64,000 bases of DNA from positions 46,252,001-46,316,000 of the forward strand of contig NC_043008.1 in NCBI RefSeq assembly GCF_006345805.1, given 5' to 3'. The notes beneath the pieces are model-generated. The model had not been told where the DNA came from, did not search any database, and saw only the letters and a program-made list of their open reading frames with translations. Positions 40,055 through 52,879 of this stretch are shown one piece after another. Numbering within the stretch: the first letter of the stretch is position 1; each line of letters opens with the position of its first letter. The stretch comes from Octopus sinensis (Eukaryota). Both the position numbers and the translations under genes were made by a program.

Positions 40055-41987
40055 GTCAGCGAAGAGCTGAAGAGGCCTGGGCCATTGAGAAGATCAAACT
40101 CAATCCCAAAGTGTTCTTTTCATTTGCAAAAAAACACAGAGTCACTGGTTCTACTGTTGGCCCTCTGATTGATGAAAATGGTAGTCTTCAAGACAAATCC
40201 AAAACCATGGGAGAGATATTGCAGAAACAATATTGCTCTGTTTTCGGCAATCCTGACTGACTGATCTGGGCTGTAATCAGTGATTTACTTACTCCCAATA
40301 CACTTCATCGGACATAACATTTGGCGCTCCTGATGTCTTAGCAGCAATAAAGGAAAAGAAGCATAATTCAGCAGTAGGTCCCGATAGGTTCCCTGCTTGT
40401 GTCTTGAAGATGTGTCAAAACCAACTTGCACCCCCTCTAGCCAATCTGTGGCGGAACTCACTGGATGCTGGATATATACCAGAAGACCTTCTATCCCAGT
40501 CTGTTGTCCCAGTTTTCAAAAAAGGAAACAAATCGCTTGCCGTGAATTACCGTCCCCATCTCACTCCCTCTCCATATCATCAAGGTATTTGAGAGGGTGC
40601 TGAGATCGCGTATGACTCACTTCCTTGAGAGTCATAATATGGTGAACCCCAACCAGCATGGATTCCGTAATGGGAGAGATTGCCTGAAACAGCTACTGCA
40701 TCATTTTGATGACGTTTTGAGAGCCTTGGGAGAGGTTCTCAACACTGATGTCATCTACCTTGATTTCAGCAAGGCCTTTGACAGGGTTGATCATAAGATC
40801 CTTCTGAGAAAGCTGTCCAATATTGTGTCACTGGAAAGCTGCTGCAGTGGATCAGTGCTTCCTCTCTAACAGAACCCAACATGTTGTAGTCGAGGAGTCA
40901 AATCCAGCCCAGCCAAAGTCAGCAGTGGTGTCCCAAAAGCACTGTGTTGGGCCCACTTCTCTTCATCATCTACATAAATGATTTACTGACACCATCAAAC
41001 ACAGTAACATCAGAACCTTCGCTGATGATTCCAAGCTCCAGAAGGTCATCATGGCGTGGATGACCGAAAACCTTCAGTCAGACCTACTGGCTGTTGTCCA
41101 ATGGGCGGAAAAGAATAACATGTTGCTAAATGAAGACAAATTCGAACTGATCCCTTTGGAAGGGAGGACGCTCTGAAACTCCCATACTCTCTTCCTTCTG
41201 GAGAAATACTCATGGCATCCAACAACATCAGAGACCTGGGAGTAACAGTGGACAACAACATAAGCTGGGCTACACATATAAGCAGCAAAGTTGACATGGC
41301 CCGCAGAATGTGTTCCTGGATTCTCAGAACATTCCAGTCGAGAGATTCTCACGATATTATCCTTCTCTTCTCCACTTTTGCCCGACCCCACCTTGAATAC
41401 TGTTGTCCACTGCGGTCTCCCTACACAAAACAAAATATTATGAGAATTGAAGCTCCCCAAAGGTCAATCACAAAAAAGATAGATGGCATGTCAGACCTTG
41501 ACTACTGGGGTAGACTAGAGAAGCTGAAATTGTATTCACTCCAACGACGCCGTGAACGCTACATTATCTGTATGATGTGGAAAATATTCCATCAGCACTG
41601 TCCGAATGATGTTGGCATCACCTTCAAAATGCATCCAAGGCTTGGACCACGTGCCATCCGTCCACAACAAAAATCTAAATCGCATCACATAATGACAATA
41701 CGGCACAACTATTTCACCTCAATTGGACCCGCTCTCTTCAACATTACACCAGGACACGTCAAAAAAGAAACTGACCACACAATATTCAAGACGTCTTTGG
41801 ACAAATTCCTTCAAACAGTACCGGACAAACCACCCACACCCGGATATGTCTCCGCAAACAATAACTCTCTGCTCGAATGGGCCTTGGTGCCCAAATACTG
41901 AACTGAAAGACTTCGCCAGGTGGTGCTATTAAGTTAGACATGGCCTGGGCCAATACTGGCCAAAACCTTTCTAAGTTATTCTAAGTT
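40055..41987 (+). mobile_element. CR1/L2-group LINE family C copy C1 (5'-truncated, decayed)
   Basis: NPNQHGFRNGRDC, DFSKAFDRVDH, FADDSKL, LQRRRERY; tail ttctaagttattctaag. Confidence 0.92.
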
Positions 41988-42047
41988 ATATATACATATA
42001 TATACATACATATATATATATATACATATATATACATACATATATAA

Positions 42048-42086
<39 letters not shown>

Positions 42087-42118
42087 CATATATATACATA
42101 CATATATATATACATACA

Positions 42119-42320
42119 TCACGTTGCTCCAGTTCACTCAGCTGTAGAAATGAGTTGCGACGTCACTGGTGCCAAGCTGTATCGACCATTGTCTTTCCCT
42201 TGGATAACACTGGTGGTGTGGAGAGGGGAGGCTGGTATGCATGGGCGACTGCTGGTCTTCCATAAAACCACCTTGCCCAGACTTTTGACTAGGAGGGTAA
42301 CTTTCTAGGTGCAATCCCAT
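42119..42320 (+). mobile_element. Internal fragment of the 59-kb SINE family
   Basis: Near-identical to ~59088-59287; both ends abut microsatellites. Confidence 0.9.
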
Positions 42321-42422
42321 ATAATACATATATATATATATACATATATATATACATACATATATATATACATATATATATACATACAATATATATACAT
42401 ATATATACATATATAATATAAT

Positions 42423-42453
<31 letters not shown>

Positions 42454-42626
42454 TATATACATATATATATATATATACATATATATATACATATATATAT
42501 ACATACATACATATATATATACATATATATATAATACATATATATATATATATGTATATATATATATGTATATATGTATATACATATGTAATATATATTA
42601 TATATATATCTATACATATATATGTA

Positions 42627-42664
<38 letters not shown>

Positions 42665-42668
42665 TATA

Positions 42669-42716
<48 letters not shown>

Positions 42717-42777
42717 ATATATATATACATATATATATATACATATATATATATATACATATATATATATATCAATA

Positions 42778-42847
<70 letters not shown>

Positions 42848-42887
42848 CATCATATATAAATATATATATATATATAATATCAGATAG

Positions 42888-42918
<31 letters not shown>

Positions 42919-43102
42919 TTATATAATATATATATATATCCAGATATATATAACCTTTATATATAGAGGGCATAATTATACATACATGCCAGGAGGCATT
43001 ATATATACCTGCCAAACGCTAAGAGGGACAATCAGTCATTTCTACCAAAATATTACTAATCCCACCGAATGCAATTTTTCAAAGTAAGACATTTAAAAAT
43101 AT

Positions 43103-43150
43103 AGGCCTGTATCACAGTGATTTCATACTTACGTAATCATCAGCAGGCCT
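43103..43150 (-). ncRNA. Type I hammerhead ribozyme (mirror copy)
   Basis: Reverse complement of 43588-43635. Confidence 0.78.
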
Positions 43151-43587
43151 GAATGTATTATAAATAAACACGACCCTGCCTCGCTTAAGCCGAACAGCTA
43201 ACTGATCAACATCAACGAAGCACGTGGGTGAGTTTATATATATTACATCCGGGTGAATGGCAAACTTTTACAAAATTGCATTATGCCCTCTATATATAAA
43301 TTAATATGTTCAATAAGAAATAATTATTTTCGAAATTTTTTCTCTATGAGGTTTTTACGTACGCTATCTACCTGACAATTTCTTGTAAGTTTTCCTTATT
43401 AAGTAGTTGTCCTTAATTGCAAAATTTTTATTCCGAAAAAACTTTTCCTCTCCCGAATGCAATTTTGTAAAAGTTTGCCATTCACCCGATGTAATATATA
43501 TAAACTCACCCATGTGCTTCGTTGATGTTGATCAGTTAGCTGTTCGGCTTAAGCGAGGCAGGGTCGTTTTTTATTTATAATACATTC

Positions 43588-43635
43588 AGGCCTGCTGATG
43601 ATTACGTAAGTATGAAATCACTGTGATACAGGCCT
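43588..43635 (+). ncRNA. Type I hammerhead ribozyme
   Basis: aggcctg-CTGATGA-t-tac-gtaa-gta-t-GAAA-tcac-t-gtga-TA-caggcct. 7-bp stem I, AUA triplet, predicted cleavage after 43628. Stem II is weak. Confidence 0.78.
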
Positions 43636-43936
43636 ATATATTTTTAATTGTCTTACTTTGAAAAATTGCATTCGGTGGGATTAGTAATATTTTTGGTAGA
43701 AATGACTGATTGTCCCTCTTAGCGTTTGGCAGGTATATATAATGCCTCCTGGCATGTATGTATAATTATGCCCTCTATATATAAATTAATATGTTCAATA
43801 AGAAATAATTATTTTCGAAATTTTTTCTCTTATGAGGTTTTTACGCTATCTACCTGACAATTTCTTGTTAAGTTTTCCTTATTAAGTAGTTGTCCTTAAT
43901 TGCAAAATATATATATATACCTATATATATATATAT

Positions 43937-44384
43937 ATACTAAGCAATTGCGGGTGGGAAGGGACTGGTGACACAAGCTTTCATTCATACTTTGAATTTG
44001 GTGATACTAGCTGTGGCTTCTAGCTCGCTCTGATACTGAGTTGAGTTGGTGCCTTCTAGTATCTCAAAATTCAATGTTCAATCATTCATGATTGTTTGTA
44101 TCCTGCGCTGATGAAAGAAGAAGTCTGGGTAAAGTAGAGTTATCTAATTCTTATGCTTTCCTAAGACTTGATCTCGAAACGTACGTCCGTAGGTGACTTA
44201 AAACTGTATGATAGATTGCCGTTATTCATTCTCTTTTACCTGTTTGTGTTTGCCTTTCAAATGCTGTGCCTTTACTGTGATCCCCCTTTCAGTAGAAGAA
44301 ATAGCTATAATCTCTCTTGACTGCTATTTCTAAATTCGGTGTGTGGTAAGGCAATTCGTTGCTAAACCCTTAATTGCTTAGTAT
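43937..44384 (+). mobile_element. Non-coding hammerhead-bearing element with 13-bp terminal inverted repeat
   Basis: atactaagcaatt (43937-49) / aattgcttagtat (44372-84); homologous to 19165-19551. Confidence 0.8.
44102..44193 (+). ncRNA. Type I hammerhead ribozyme with long stem II and GUC site
   Basis: cctgcg-CTGATGA(44108-14)-aagaagaagtct...agacttgatctc-GAAAC(44176-80)-gtac-GTC-cgtagg. Predicted cleavage after 44187. Confidence 0.82.
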
Positions 44385-44479
44385 TACTTAAATTTTCCTC
44401 GAATGAGGCTTTTACATGCCGAAGACTACTTGGTGTAATTGATAATTGTTCCAAATTAATTAATTTCACCCTTCATTGT

Positions 44480-44512
<33 letters not shown>

Positions 44513-44513
<1 letters not shown>

Positions 44514-46621
44514 GGCGTGCAAAATTTTCAAATCGCCTAAACAAACAGATTGAAAGCAGTGAAAAGTCCCGCCTAAAAATAAAACTGTTGGAAATCGAAA
44601 AATGTCTGAAACTCTCCCATGGAAAGGAAAGAGCAGACGAAGAAGCCTGGGCTATAGACAACATAAAATCTAACCCCAGAGCTTCCTACAGGTATGCCAA
44701 AGAAACAGCTACGGTGCACTGTAGAATAGGGCCACTCCTCGAAAAGGATGGCACACTCACAGGAAAACCAATGAGGGTAAGTGAAATACTGAATGAGCAA
44801 TTCAAGAGTGTTTTCACTCCACCCCTTGGGCATCTCCAAATCACCAATCCAACTGACTTTTTTACCACTGCAGATATAAAATCAGAGGCGGCGTCGATAG
44901 ATTACATCGATAAAAGGAAGACGATGTAATCAAGGCTATAGATGAAATGAAAACAGACTCAGCTACTGGCCCCGATGGATTCCGGCAATCCTCCTAAAAG
45001 CATGTAAGAGAGTCCTAGCAAGACCACTGCAGTTCCTCTTTCAGAGCTTCCTTGCAGCTGGCAAACTTCCAAGAAAACTGAAGGAAGGTAAAATATGCCC
45101 CATTCATAAAGGAGGTAGCAGAGCGGAAGCCAAGAACTATAGACCTATCTCTCTGACCTCACACATCAGCAAGGTCATGGAACGTATAGTCAGAAGGAAG
45201 CTGATCACCTTCCTTGAAAAAATTACTTGCTGCCCGACACCCAACATGGTTTCCGACCAGGGAGAAGCTGTTTAACTCAGCTCCTACAACACTATGACTG
45301 GGTGCTGAAACGGCTGCTTCAAACCACTCAAATGTGGAAGTGATATATCTCGACTTTGCAAAGGCCTTTGATAAAGTCGATCATGGAATGATATGTCACC
45401 AACTGCGTGATCTCAACATAGTTGGAAAACTGGGAGAATGGCTTCATGACTTTCTGAAAGATAGAAGTCAGGTGGTAGTGGCCAATGGGGCCACTTCCAT
45501 TAACACGCAAATAGTGAGCGGTGTCCGCAGGGCACTGTTCTGGGACCACTACTGTTCATAATGGCCCTCTCAGACATGCCCTCAGCCACGCAGAGAGCCA
45601 CGATCACAAGTTATGCAGATGATACAAAAGTTTCACAGGCAATACAGAACCCTGAGGACACTAAACACCTGCAATGTGAGCTAGACAAAATATACAAGTG
45701 GGCCGAAAAGAATAGCATGCAGTTCAATACTGAAAAGTTTCAAGCTCTATACTATCAGCATGCAAAACTGAATGCAATACCCAATGAATACACTGGACCC
45801 GGAGGAATAGCAATCTCAGAGGCACAATCAGTGCGTGACCTAGGTATTTACATGAGTGATGACGCGACCTTTCGTGTACATGTTGCTAAATTGGCAATGA
45901 AATGTAGACGACTGGCCGGATGGATCCTCAGAACCTTTAGAACAAGAGAACAAGAAACCATGATGGTCCTCTGGAGGACACCTGTCCTAAGCCACTTTGA
46001 CTACTGCTCTCAGTTATGGTCACCATCCAGTGTCAAGTTGATCACAGAGCTCGAGGCGATCCAACGTAGCTACACGAAGAAGATAGCCTCTATGCAGAAT
46101 GTAAGCTACTGGGAAAGACTCAGGAAATTAAAATTATATTCCCTGGAGCGTAGGCGGGAAAGATATGCCATAATATACATCTGGAAGATCCTGGAGGGAA
46201 GTGTCCTGAACTTTGGCATCGAGAGTTACGCAAATGCCAGAACTGGGCACCACTGCGTGGTGCCTAGGACTCCGAACTTGCCATCAAGATTTAGGACAAG
46301 ATTCTTTGATAGCCTGGGCTTCCGAGGCCCACGACTCTTCAATATCCTCCAGAAGAACCTGAGAGACCTGCATGGGGTGGATACAGATGTCTTTAAAATG
46401 AAGCTGGATCTCTTCCTGTCAGGTGTCCCAGATGAACCAACTTCACGGCGGGAGGGTCAGATGAGGGCAGCTGCATCGAACTCTCTCATGCACCAAATAG
46501 CAGTTGCTAGAAAGCCTTCATGAAGTGAAACCAAGTAGCAACACCAAATTGCGGTGCCCCAGCATGGCCACAGCTCATAAGCTGAAACTGGAAAAATCAA
46601 AATCAAATCAAAATCAAAATC
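44513..46621 (+). mobile_element. Family B LINE copy B3 (5'-truncated)
   Basis: Closely matches B1. Open C-terminal ORF 45561..46523; (AAAATC)n tail. Confidence 0.95.
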
Positions 46622-46719
46622 ATATACATATATATATATATATATACATATGTATATATATATACATATATATATATATACATATACATATATATATACA
46701 TATATATATACATATATAC

Positions 46720-46750
<31 letters not shown>

Positions 46751-46763
46751 CATATATATATAT

Positions 46764-46941
46764 GCAGGAGGTGCAGATGAGGGCAGCTGCATCGAACTCT
46801 CTCATGCATCAGATGGCGTTTGCTAAAAAGCATCCGTGAGGTAAACCCGTGTAGCAAACCAAATGGCGGTGCCCCAGCATGGCCACAGCTCATTAGCTGA
46901 AACTGAAAAATCAAAATCAAAATCAAAATCAAATTCAAATC
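46764..46941 (+). mobile_element. 3'-terminal tip of a family B LINE (B2-like subfamily)
   Basis: Matches the B2 3' end (QMAFAKKHP, gtagcaaaccaaatggcggtgcc); AAAATC tail. Confidence 0.92.
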
Positions 46942-47249
46942 ATATATATATATATATATATCAATATATATATAGATACATATATATATATATATATATC
47001 ATATATTAAATATATATATATATATACATATATTATATATATATATACATTATATAAATATATATATATATAATATATAATATATACATATATATATTAT
47101 AATATATATACATATATATATATATACATATATATACATACATATATATATATATACATATATATATAATATATATATATATATACATACATATTATATA
47201 TATATACATATATATATATATAATATATATAATAATATATATATATATA

Positions 47250-47310
<61 letters not shown>

Positions 47311-47619
47311 CATACGTATAAATACATATATATATTATACTCCAACTATTGTCACAGACTTCAATCTACAAAGAAATCGCTGAGGAAAGAAAAGTGTCTT
47401 GAATACTTTACCACTTCAAGATCTACTGGAGAAAGACCCCCCCCCCCACACACACACATAGACATATACACAAAATATTGATAAGATGAGATACATCGAA
47501 ACCGGTAATATTTTCTTTATATGATTTTTTAAATCATTTTCATTAAATTCCCTCTTAAATTGAACTGTCTTTGACTTACATTTCTGCTATATCCGCCTCC
47601 ATGTTATGAATATATATAC

Positions 47620-47683
<64 letters not shown>

Positions 47684-47750
47684 GTATGCTTACATAGATA
47701 GATCATAGATAGAAGTATGTATAATCACGACTTTTGAAATCTTGACACAA

Positions 47751-47885
47751 ATATGTCTCCGCAAACAATAACTCTATGCTCGAATGGGCCTTGGTGCCCA
47801 AATCCTGAACTGAAAGACTTCGCCAGGTGGTGTTATTAAGTTAGACATGGCCTGGGCCAATACTGGCCAAAACCTTTCTAAGTAT
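47751..47885 (+). mobile_element. 3'-terminal tip of a family C LINE
   Basis: Near-identical to 41846-41975. Confidence 0.92.
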
Positions 47886-47901
47886 CTTATTTTTTTGTTA
47901 T

Positions 47902-47937
<36 letters not shown>

Positions 47938-48671
47938 TAATATATGTATATATATGTATGTATATATATGTATATATATATGTATATGTATATATATGTA
48001 TGTATATATATATGTATATATATATGTATATATATGTATGTATATATATATGTATATATATATGTATATATTTATGTATGTATATATATATATATATATG
48101 TATATGTATATATGTATATATATGTATATATATATATGCATGTATATATATATGTATATATATATATCTATGTATATATATATGTATATATATATATATG
48201 TATATATATATGTATGTATATATACGTATGTATATATATGTATATATATAAATAAATAAATGTAAAGTTAGAGAAAGAAAGAAGTTGTGTTGAAATGTTT
48301 ATGTAAACGTGGCATAAATAGCCAACAGGTAGTGCTCGTAGAGATGGCAATCTTACGTTGCACTCGTCTCAGAGCTAGATAGTGTGAAGCTAAAAAAGAC
48401 GGCTCTAAAAGAATTTTCTTTGGTCGGTTAAGGAAGTTGACCTACACTTAAGAGGAGTAAGGAATATGTATTTATATATGATACAAGCAAGACTAATTTT
48501 CGCACGTGTTTCGTATATTCGTCGACTTTGGAATATAAATATGCACATTATGCAAGAAAGTTCAATGTTGAGTTAATTAAGTGCGAATACACGAAAACGT
48601 ATCAAACACATTCGATAACTCGCTGCCGCAATTGTACGATATCCTCATCGAATATCTGAGCATTTAGATAC

Positions 48672-48710
<39 letters not shown>

Positions 48711-49040
48711 TGTGTTCCTACTGGCGTTTGAATGTGTATGTGTGTGCATGTGTGTGTGCTTTTTCTATTTATATATGTGTGTACATGAGCACCCATATGC
48801 ATATATATTGCCATATCTATTTGTGTGTGTGTGTTAATGTATGACTTATTTTAGCTAAACAGAATATCGATGAGAATGGTAAATGGATCCATTATATAAG
48901 ACAAAACTATATCCTTCAGCATTTATATTAGCAGAAATATTGAAATTAGATAAATCTATCCATCTTTTGTATGTTTCAGTTTAGTCTACGGTAGTATGTG
49001 TCCCTGAAAGAGGTATTACATTTTAACAAAGAGCGGAAGA

Positions 49041-49105
<65 letters not shown>

Positions 49106-49412
49106 TACATATATACATACACACATACATACATACGTTATTCTGCAACTTAATGATTTGAATTATATATTGCTTATAATGTCTAGCATGTTTATAACAA
49201 TGAAATTATTCTGTTCATTGAATACACATCAGTGACATAGAATGCTTATTAACAATGTAGATGTCGGATTTTATTATTATTGCCAGCTGAGTTTGACTTA
49301 TGATCACCACCGTCTCACCGAACATACGCATTGTATATTCCTGTATACGTGTAGGAATATGTTCAGTGGCCGCGCATCTAGGGACGTATACAGAAAAATA
49401 TATATTCGTATG

Positions 49413-49465
<53 letters not shown>

Positions 49466-49865
49466 GGCGCAGGAGTGGCTGTGTGGTAAGTAGCTTGCTA
49501 ACCAACCACATGGTTCTGGGTTCAGTCTCACTGCGTGGCATCTTGGGCAAGTGTCTTCTGCTACAGCCCCGGGCCGACCAATGCCTTGTGAGTGGATTTG
49601 GTAGACGGAAACTGAAAGAAGCCCGTCGTATATATGTATATGTGTGTTTGTGTGTCTGTGTTGTCCCCCCCCCCCAATCGCTTGACAACCGATGCTGGTG
49701 TGTTTACGTTCCCGTCACTTAGCGGTTCGGCAAAAGAGACCGATAGAATAAGTACTGGGCTTACAAAGAATAAGTCCCGGGGTCGAGTTGCTCGACTAAA
49801 GGCGGTGCTCCAGCATGGCCGCAGTCAAATGACTGAAACAAGTAAAAGAGAGTAAGAGTAAAGAG
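49466..49865 (+). mobile_element. tRNA-derived SINE with LINE-like 3' tail
   Basis: A-box-like tggctgtgtgg (49477-87), B-box-like ggttcagtctc (49519-29), internal microsatellite, 3' motif shared with LINE families A/B, (AAGAGT)n-like tail. Confidence 0.9.
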
Positions 49866-49879
49866 TATATATATATACA

Positions 49880-50110
49880 TATATTATATTAAATTAGAGA
49901 CAAAGCTACTATTAGGCAAATCATACAATGAAAAACTTAAGCCAATACATAAGATTATTTAATTTATATTATTTAAATATATAACAAAATTATTAAAAAA
50001 TAACAAAATTATAAAAAAATATAATTAATATATCACTACGATCGTTTCATGGCTGTTAATTTCTTTAAATTTTCATGTCACAGTCATTCATCAGGTGGTT
50101 TAAATATTTA
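49880..50110 (-). mobile_element. Penelope-like terminal fragment related to the 61.7-kb family
   Basis: attagagacaaagctactatt... is homologous to attagagacaaaaccactatt...; hammerhead at the equivalent position. Confidence 0.7.
50034..50097 (-). ncRNA. Type I hammerhead ribozyme
   Basis: cac-CTGATGA-atgactgt...acagccat-GAAAC-gatc-GTA-gtg. Stem III palindrome ACGATCGT. Confidence 0.75.
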
Positions 50111-50289
50111 TCTTGGCGAGGTTTAAACAATTAACTTGTTTAACAATACAAACAATACAAACGGAGGCATTAAGTGTCGTGGTTTACATATGAAATGATA
50201 AAATATAAAATAACTTGGGTATACAATGAAAAGGAAAGGACATTTGCATATTCTACAATGGTTTAAAAAATGTGGGAATGATAGAATTG

Positions 50290-51429
50290 TAGCCCCTCCC
50301 CCGATACAGAGTGACCTCTAGTGATAATCGAGGAACCCTCCTGTCCGAGCTTTCAATGAATATCAAGAACAAGAGCCACCTCCACTTCTTTCTCTCCGAC
50401 TTACAGGTCTACATGTAGAGAGGTGCCATCCACTCTTGCCATTTTCGCAACTTTCACCCACCTTTCTATAAACTCACTCGAGGACAGCGCTTCTCTCTCC
50501 ATTCTCACTTTTCTTTTCGAGTTTCCCTTGCAGATGTTAATGAGAGTTCTCCCAAAGAGGAATCTGTCTCTTCTCCTGGCTTTCAGCTTTGTAAACCAAA
50601 CAACCTCTTTTCCCTCAGCAACAAAGCAAAGGAAAACTGCCTTGCCTACCCCGATTGAAAGAGGGTGGTGTTGCGATCCTCGCTACAGACTCCGATCCGT
50701 CCTATTCGTGACACCACAAGTCAGCAATACCCGGACACTGAACGAGGGCGTGCAGAATGGTTTCGTCATTCTCTGCGCTCCTCAGACAAGCCAGCCTGAC
50801 AGCACATCCGTGCCTCTAGAGTTTATCTCGAACCGGTAGCAGTGCCAGACCATGGACATCTGGAAATTATCTATGATAGTTCCCGACCGCAAAGACCTCT
50901 CCAACAGACAAGCCAGTTCGTTCTCGTCGACGCCCAGAGTCTTTCTGCCAACGTCGCCGCACTCCCCGCCACTAATCCTCTGTAGATATCTAAATCTGAA
51001 CCTCCACTGATCCTATTGCTGGACTGGCAGAGGCCTGTGAGTGTCGGACGAGATTCTAAGTGATGGATGCTCAGTCCCGGTATTTTCTTCACCCAGGACT
51101 GCAGCTCTGTCAAAGAAACGAGTTGCGGAAAGACTAGCCCCACAAACGGAGCCCATACACGCTCGTTGTCCCGAAATTGTTGCAAGTGGCGTAACCTTAG
51201 ATCGTGTTTGCGTATTTGGAGCCACGGCATACCCAATGAGCCACTCGGAGGACGCTGGCAACAGACTGATCGCCTGACCATTGCAATGGGTCCCTTCCAT
51301 AAGAATTTAAATAAAAAACGCTTCAGCCTGGTCAAACAGAAACCGGGACTAGGCACGGCGATCGGGCGATAAATGATAAGGGAGCCGATGTAAGCAGTCA
51401 CCAAATATGACCGACCTTTCAGGGACATC

Positions 51430-51431
<2 letters not shown>
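50290..51431 (-). mobile_element. L1/Tx1-clade LINE 3' fragment
   Basis: SLKGRSYLVTAYIGS..FKFLWKG..GSLGMP (ORF 50871..51431) followed by a C-terminal zinc-knuckle-like region. Confidence 0.8.
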
Positions 51432-51473
<42 letters not shown>

Positions 51474-51476
<3 letters not shown>

Positions 51477-51610
51477 GCACTGAGATACAGACGATTTGCA
51501 AAATACGGGTAAAATGTATCCCTTTAGTTATAAGTGCATTCGGAACTATCTCTAAAGACTTGAACAGATGGATAGAGGAAATAGCTTTAAAATCTAATTT
51601 TGCGAGAATA
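51474..51610 (+). pseudogene. R4/Dong-type restriction-like endonuclease C-terminal fragment next to (AAT)n
   Basis: EIQTICKIRVKCIPLVISAFGTISKDL matches the VPVVIGALGTIxK motif. Confidence 0.6.
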
Positions 51611-52879
51611 GAAATATTCTCAGAAATGACTGAAGTAATTTGCTGTGGGGCGTCTCTCTATGAACTGAAATAATATACAGCACAACAGAGCGCCCAATGC
51701 ATTCACTGATGGGAAGAGTGAGTACGTCTTAAAATTGGATTGGCCTGATGATTTAACGACAGAGTATGAATGCGAAACTTGTTTCATTGGTTTTTCGACT
51801 TGAAGTTTGAAACTTTGTAGCAGTGGAACAAAAAATTTAACACACTGCCGATTATAAATTTTGGTGATACAAAAATAATCAAAGAATAAATCTTGTAAAA
51901 TTGGAAGGTAACTTGGGAACTTGCATAGCAATTTATCAGATTCGACAAGAATTACCCAATAAATCTTCAAAACAAATTAAGAACAGAGATGTAGAGAGTA
52001 GGAAAAACTTTGAAACAAATGGTATAAATTGTATTTCGTTCGACATCTCCCATTGTTGTTTGATATGAAGAAAACTTAAAGCGAGATACAGCACAATTTC
52101 TGTGAAACATCATCATCATCATCATCGTCGTCGTCATCATCGTCATCTTCTATTTTTTGTTATTATTGAGTGAGTGAGAGAGCAGTGCATGCCATCAAAG
52201 TGACACTGTGGTAAAATATACGAAGCTTAGTATACCCATTATAACTGATAAGGGTACACCAGGCACATACATCACAACCATATGCGCGCGACATGGTGAT
52301 CTTATATCGAGATAAACAGCGCATGACCTTGCAGGTGAGGCCCAGTTAGAATTTTCATCAGATTTAGTAGCCTATCCCGCTCAAAAGGTTCTGAATAAGG
52401 GTTGTTTAAGGATGATGAACAAAACACCCGTATTTCCTAAGGTGAATTATCCAAAATCCAAACAATTCTTCTCAACACATGGCTATGATGCTCCCACATT
52501 ACTTTTGATCGTGATCAGAGATGCACATCGTCAGCCACTAAGGGACATGTTCAACTGGTTAAGGTTAAACAAGTGACAAGCAAATCTGTGGATTTGAGCA
52601 GAATATTTGCTGTAGCCCATCTTTTACACCAAGACAACACAATGTACATGATAACACTTCCAGTCAGTTAAGATTAGAAGCCATGAAAGCCACTATCTAG
52701 CACTACATCTATTATTGTTGTTGTTATTAATATTATTCTTATTATTATATGTTTGGCTTTTGTGTTGTATTTGTACAAGTTGACTCCAAGTCTCATCCCA
52801 AAACTTCAAAAGACACAAGTTAGAAGTTCAAGTTGGTGTTATAACTACAGGGCCATATTATTATTATTTCAATTATGAA

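Larger units (their letters stand above)
42957..43908. mobile_element. Penelope-like non-coding element: inverted arms (42957-43282 / 43456-43784) plus ~145-bp direct repeats (43281-43425, 43766-43908)
   Basis: Read directly; direct-repeat period is 485 bp. One hammerhead per arm. TA arrays on both sides. Confidence 0.82.

Noticed and set aside
20756-47885. LINE orientation switch near 36 kb (minus to the left, plus to the right), suggesting a piRNA-cluster-like bias
   Set aside because: Few elements, A1 breaks the pattern, and polarity is sense rather than antisense to a central promoter; compatible with chance.
51744-51790. CTGATGA...GAAAC motif
   Set aside because: No pairing for stem I or stem II; chance match.
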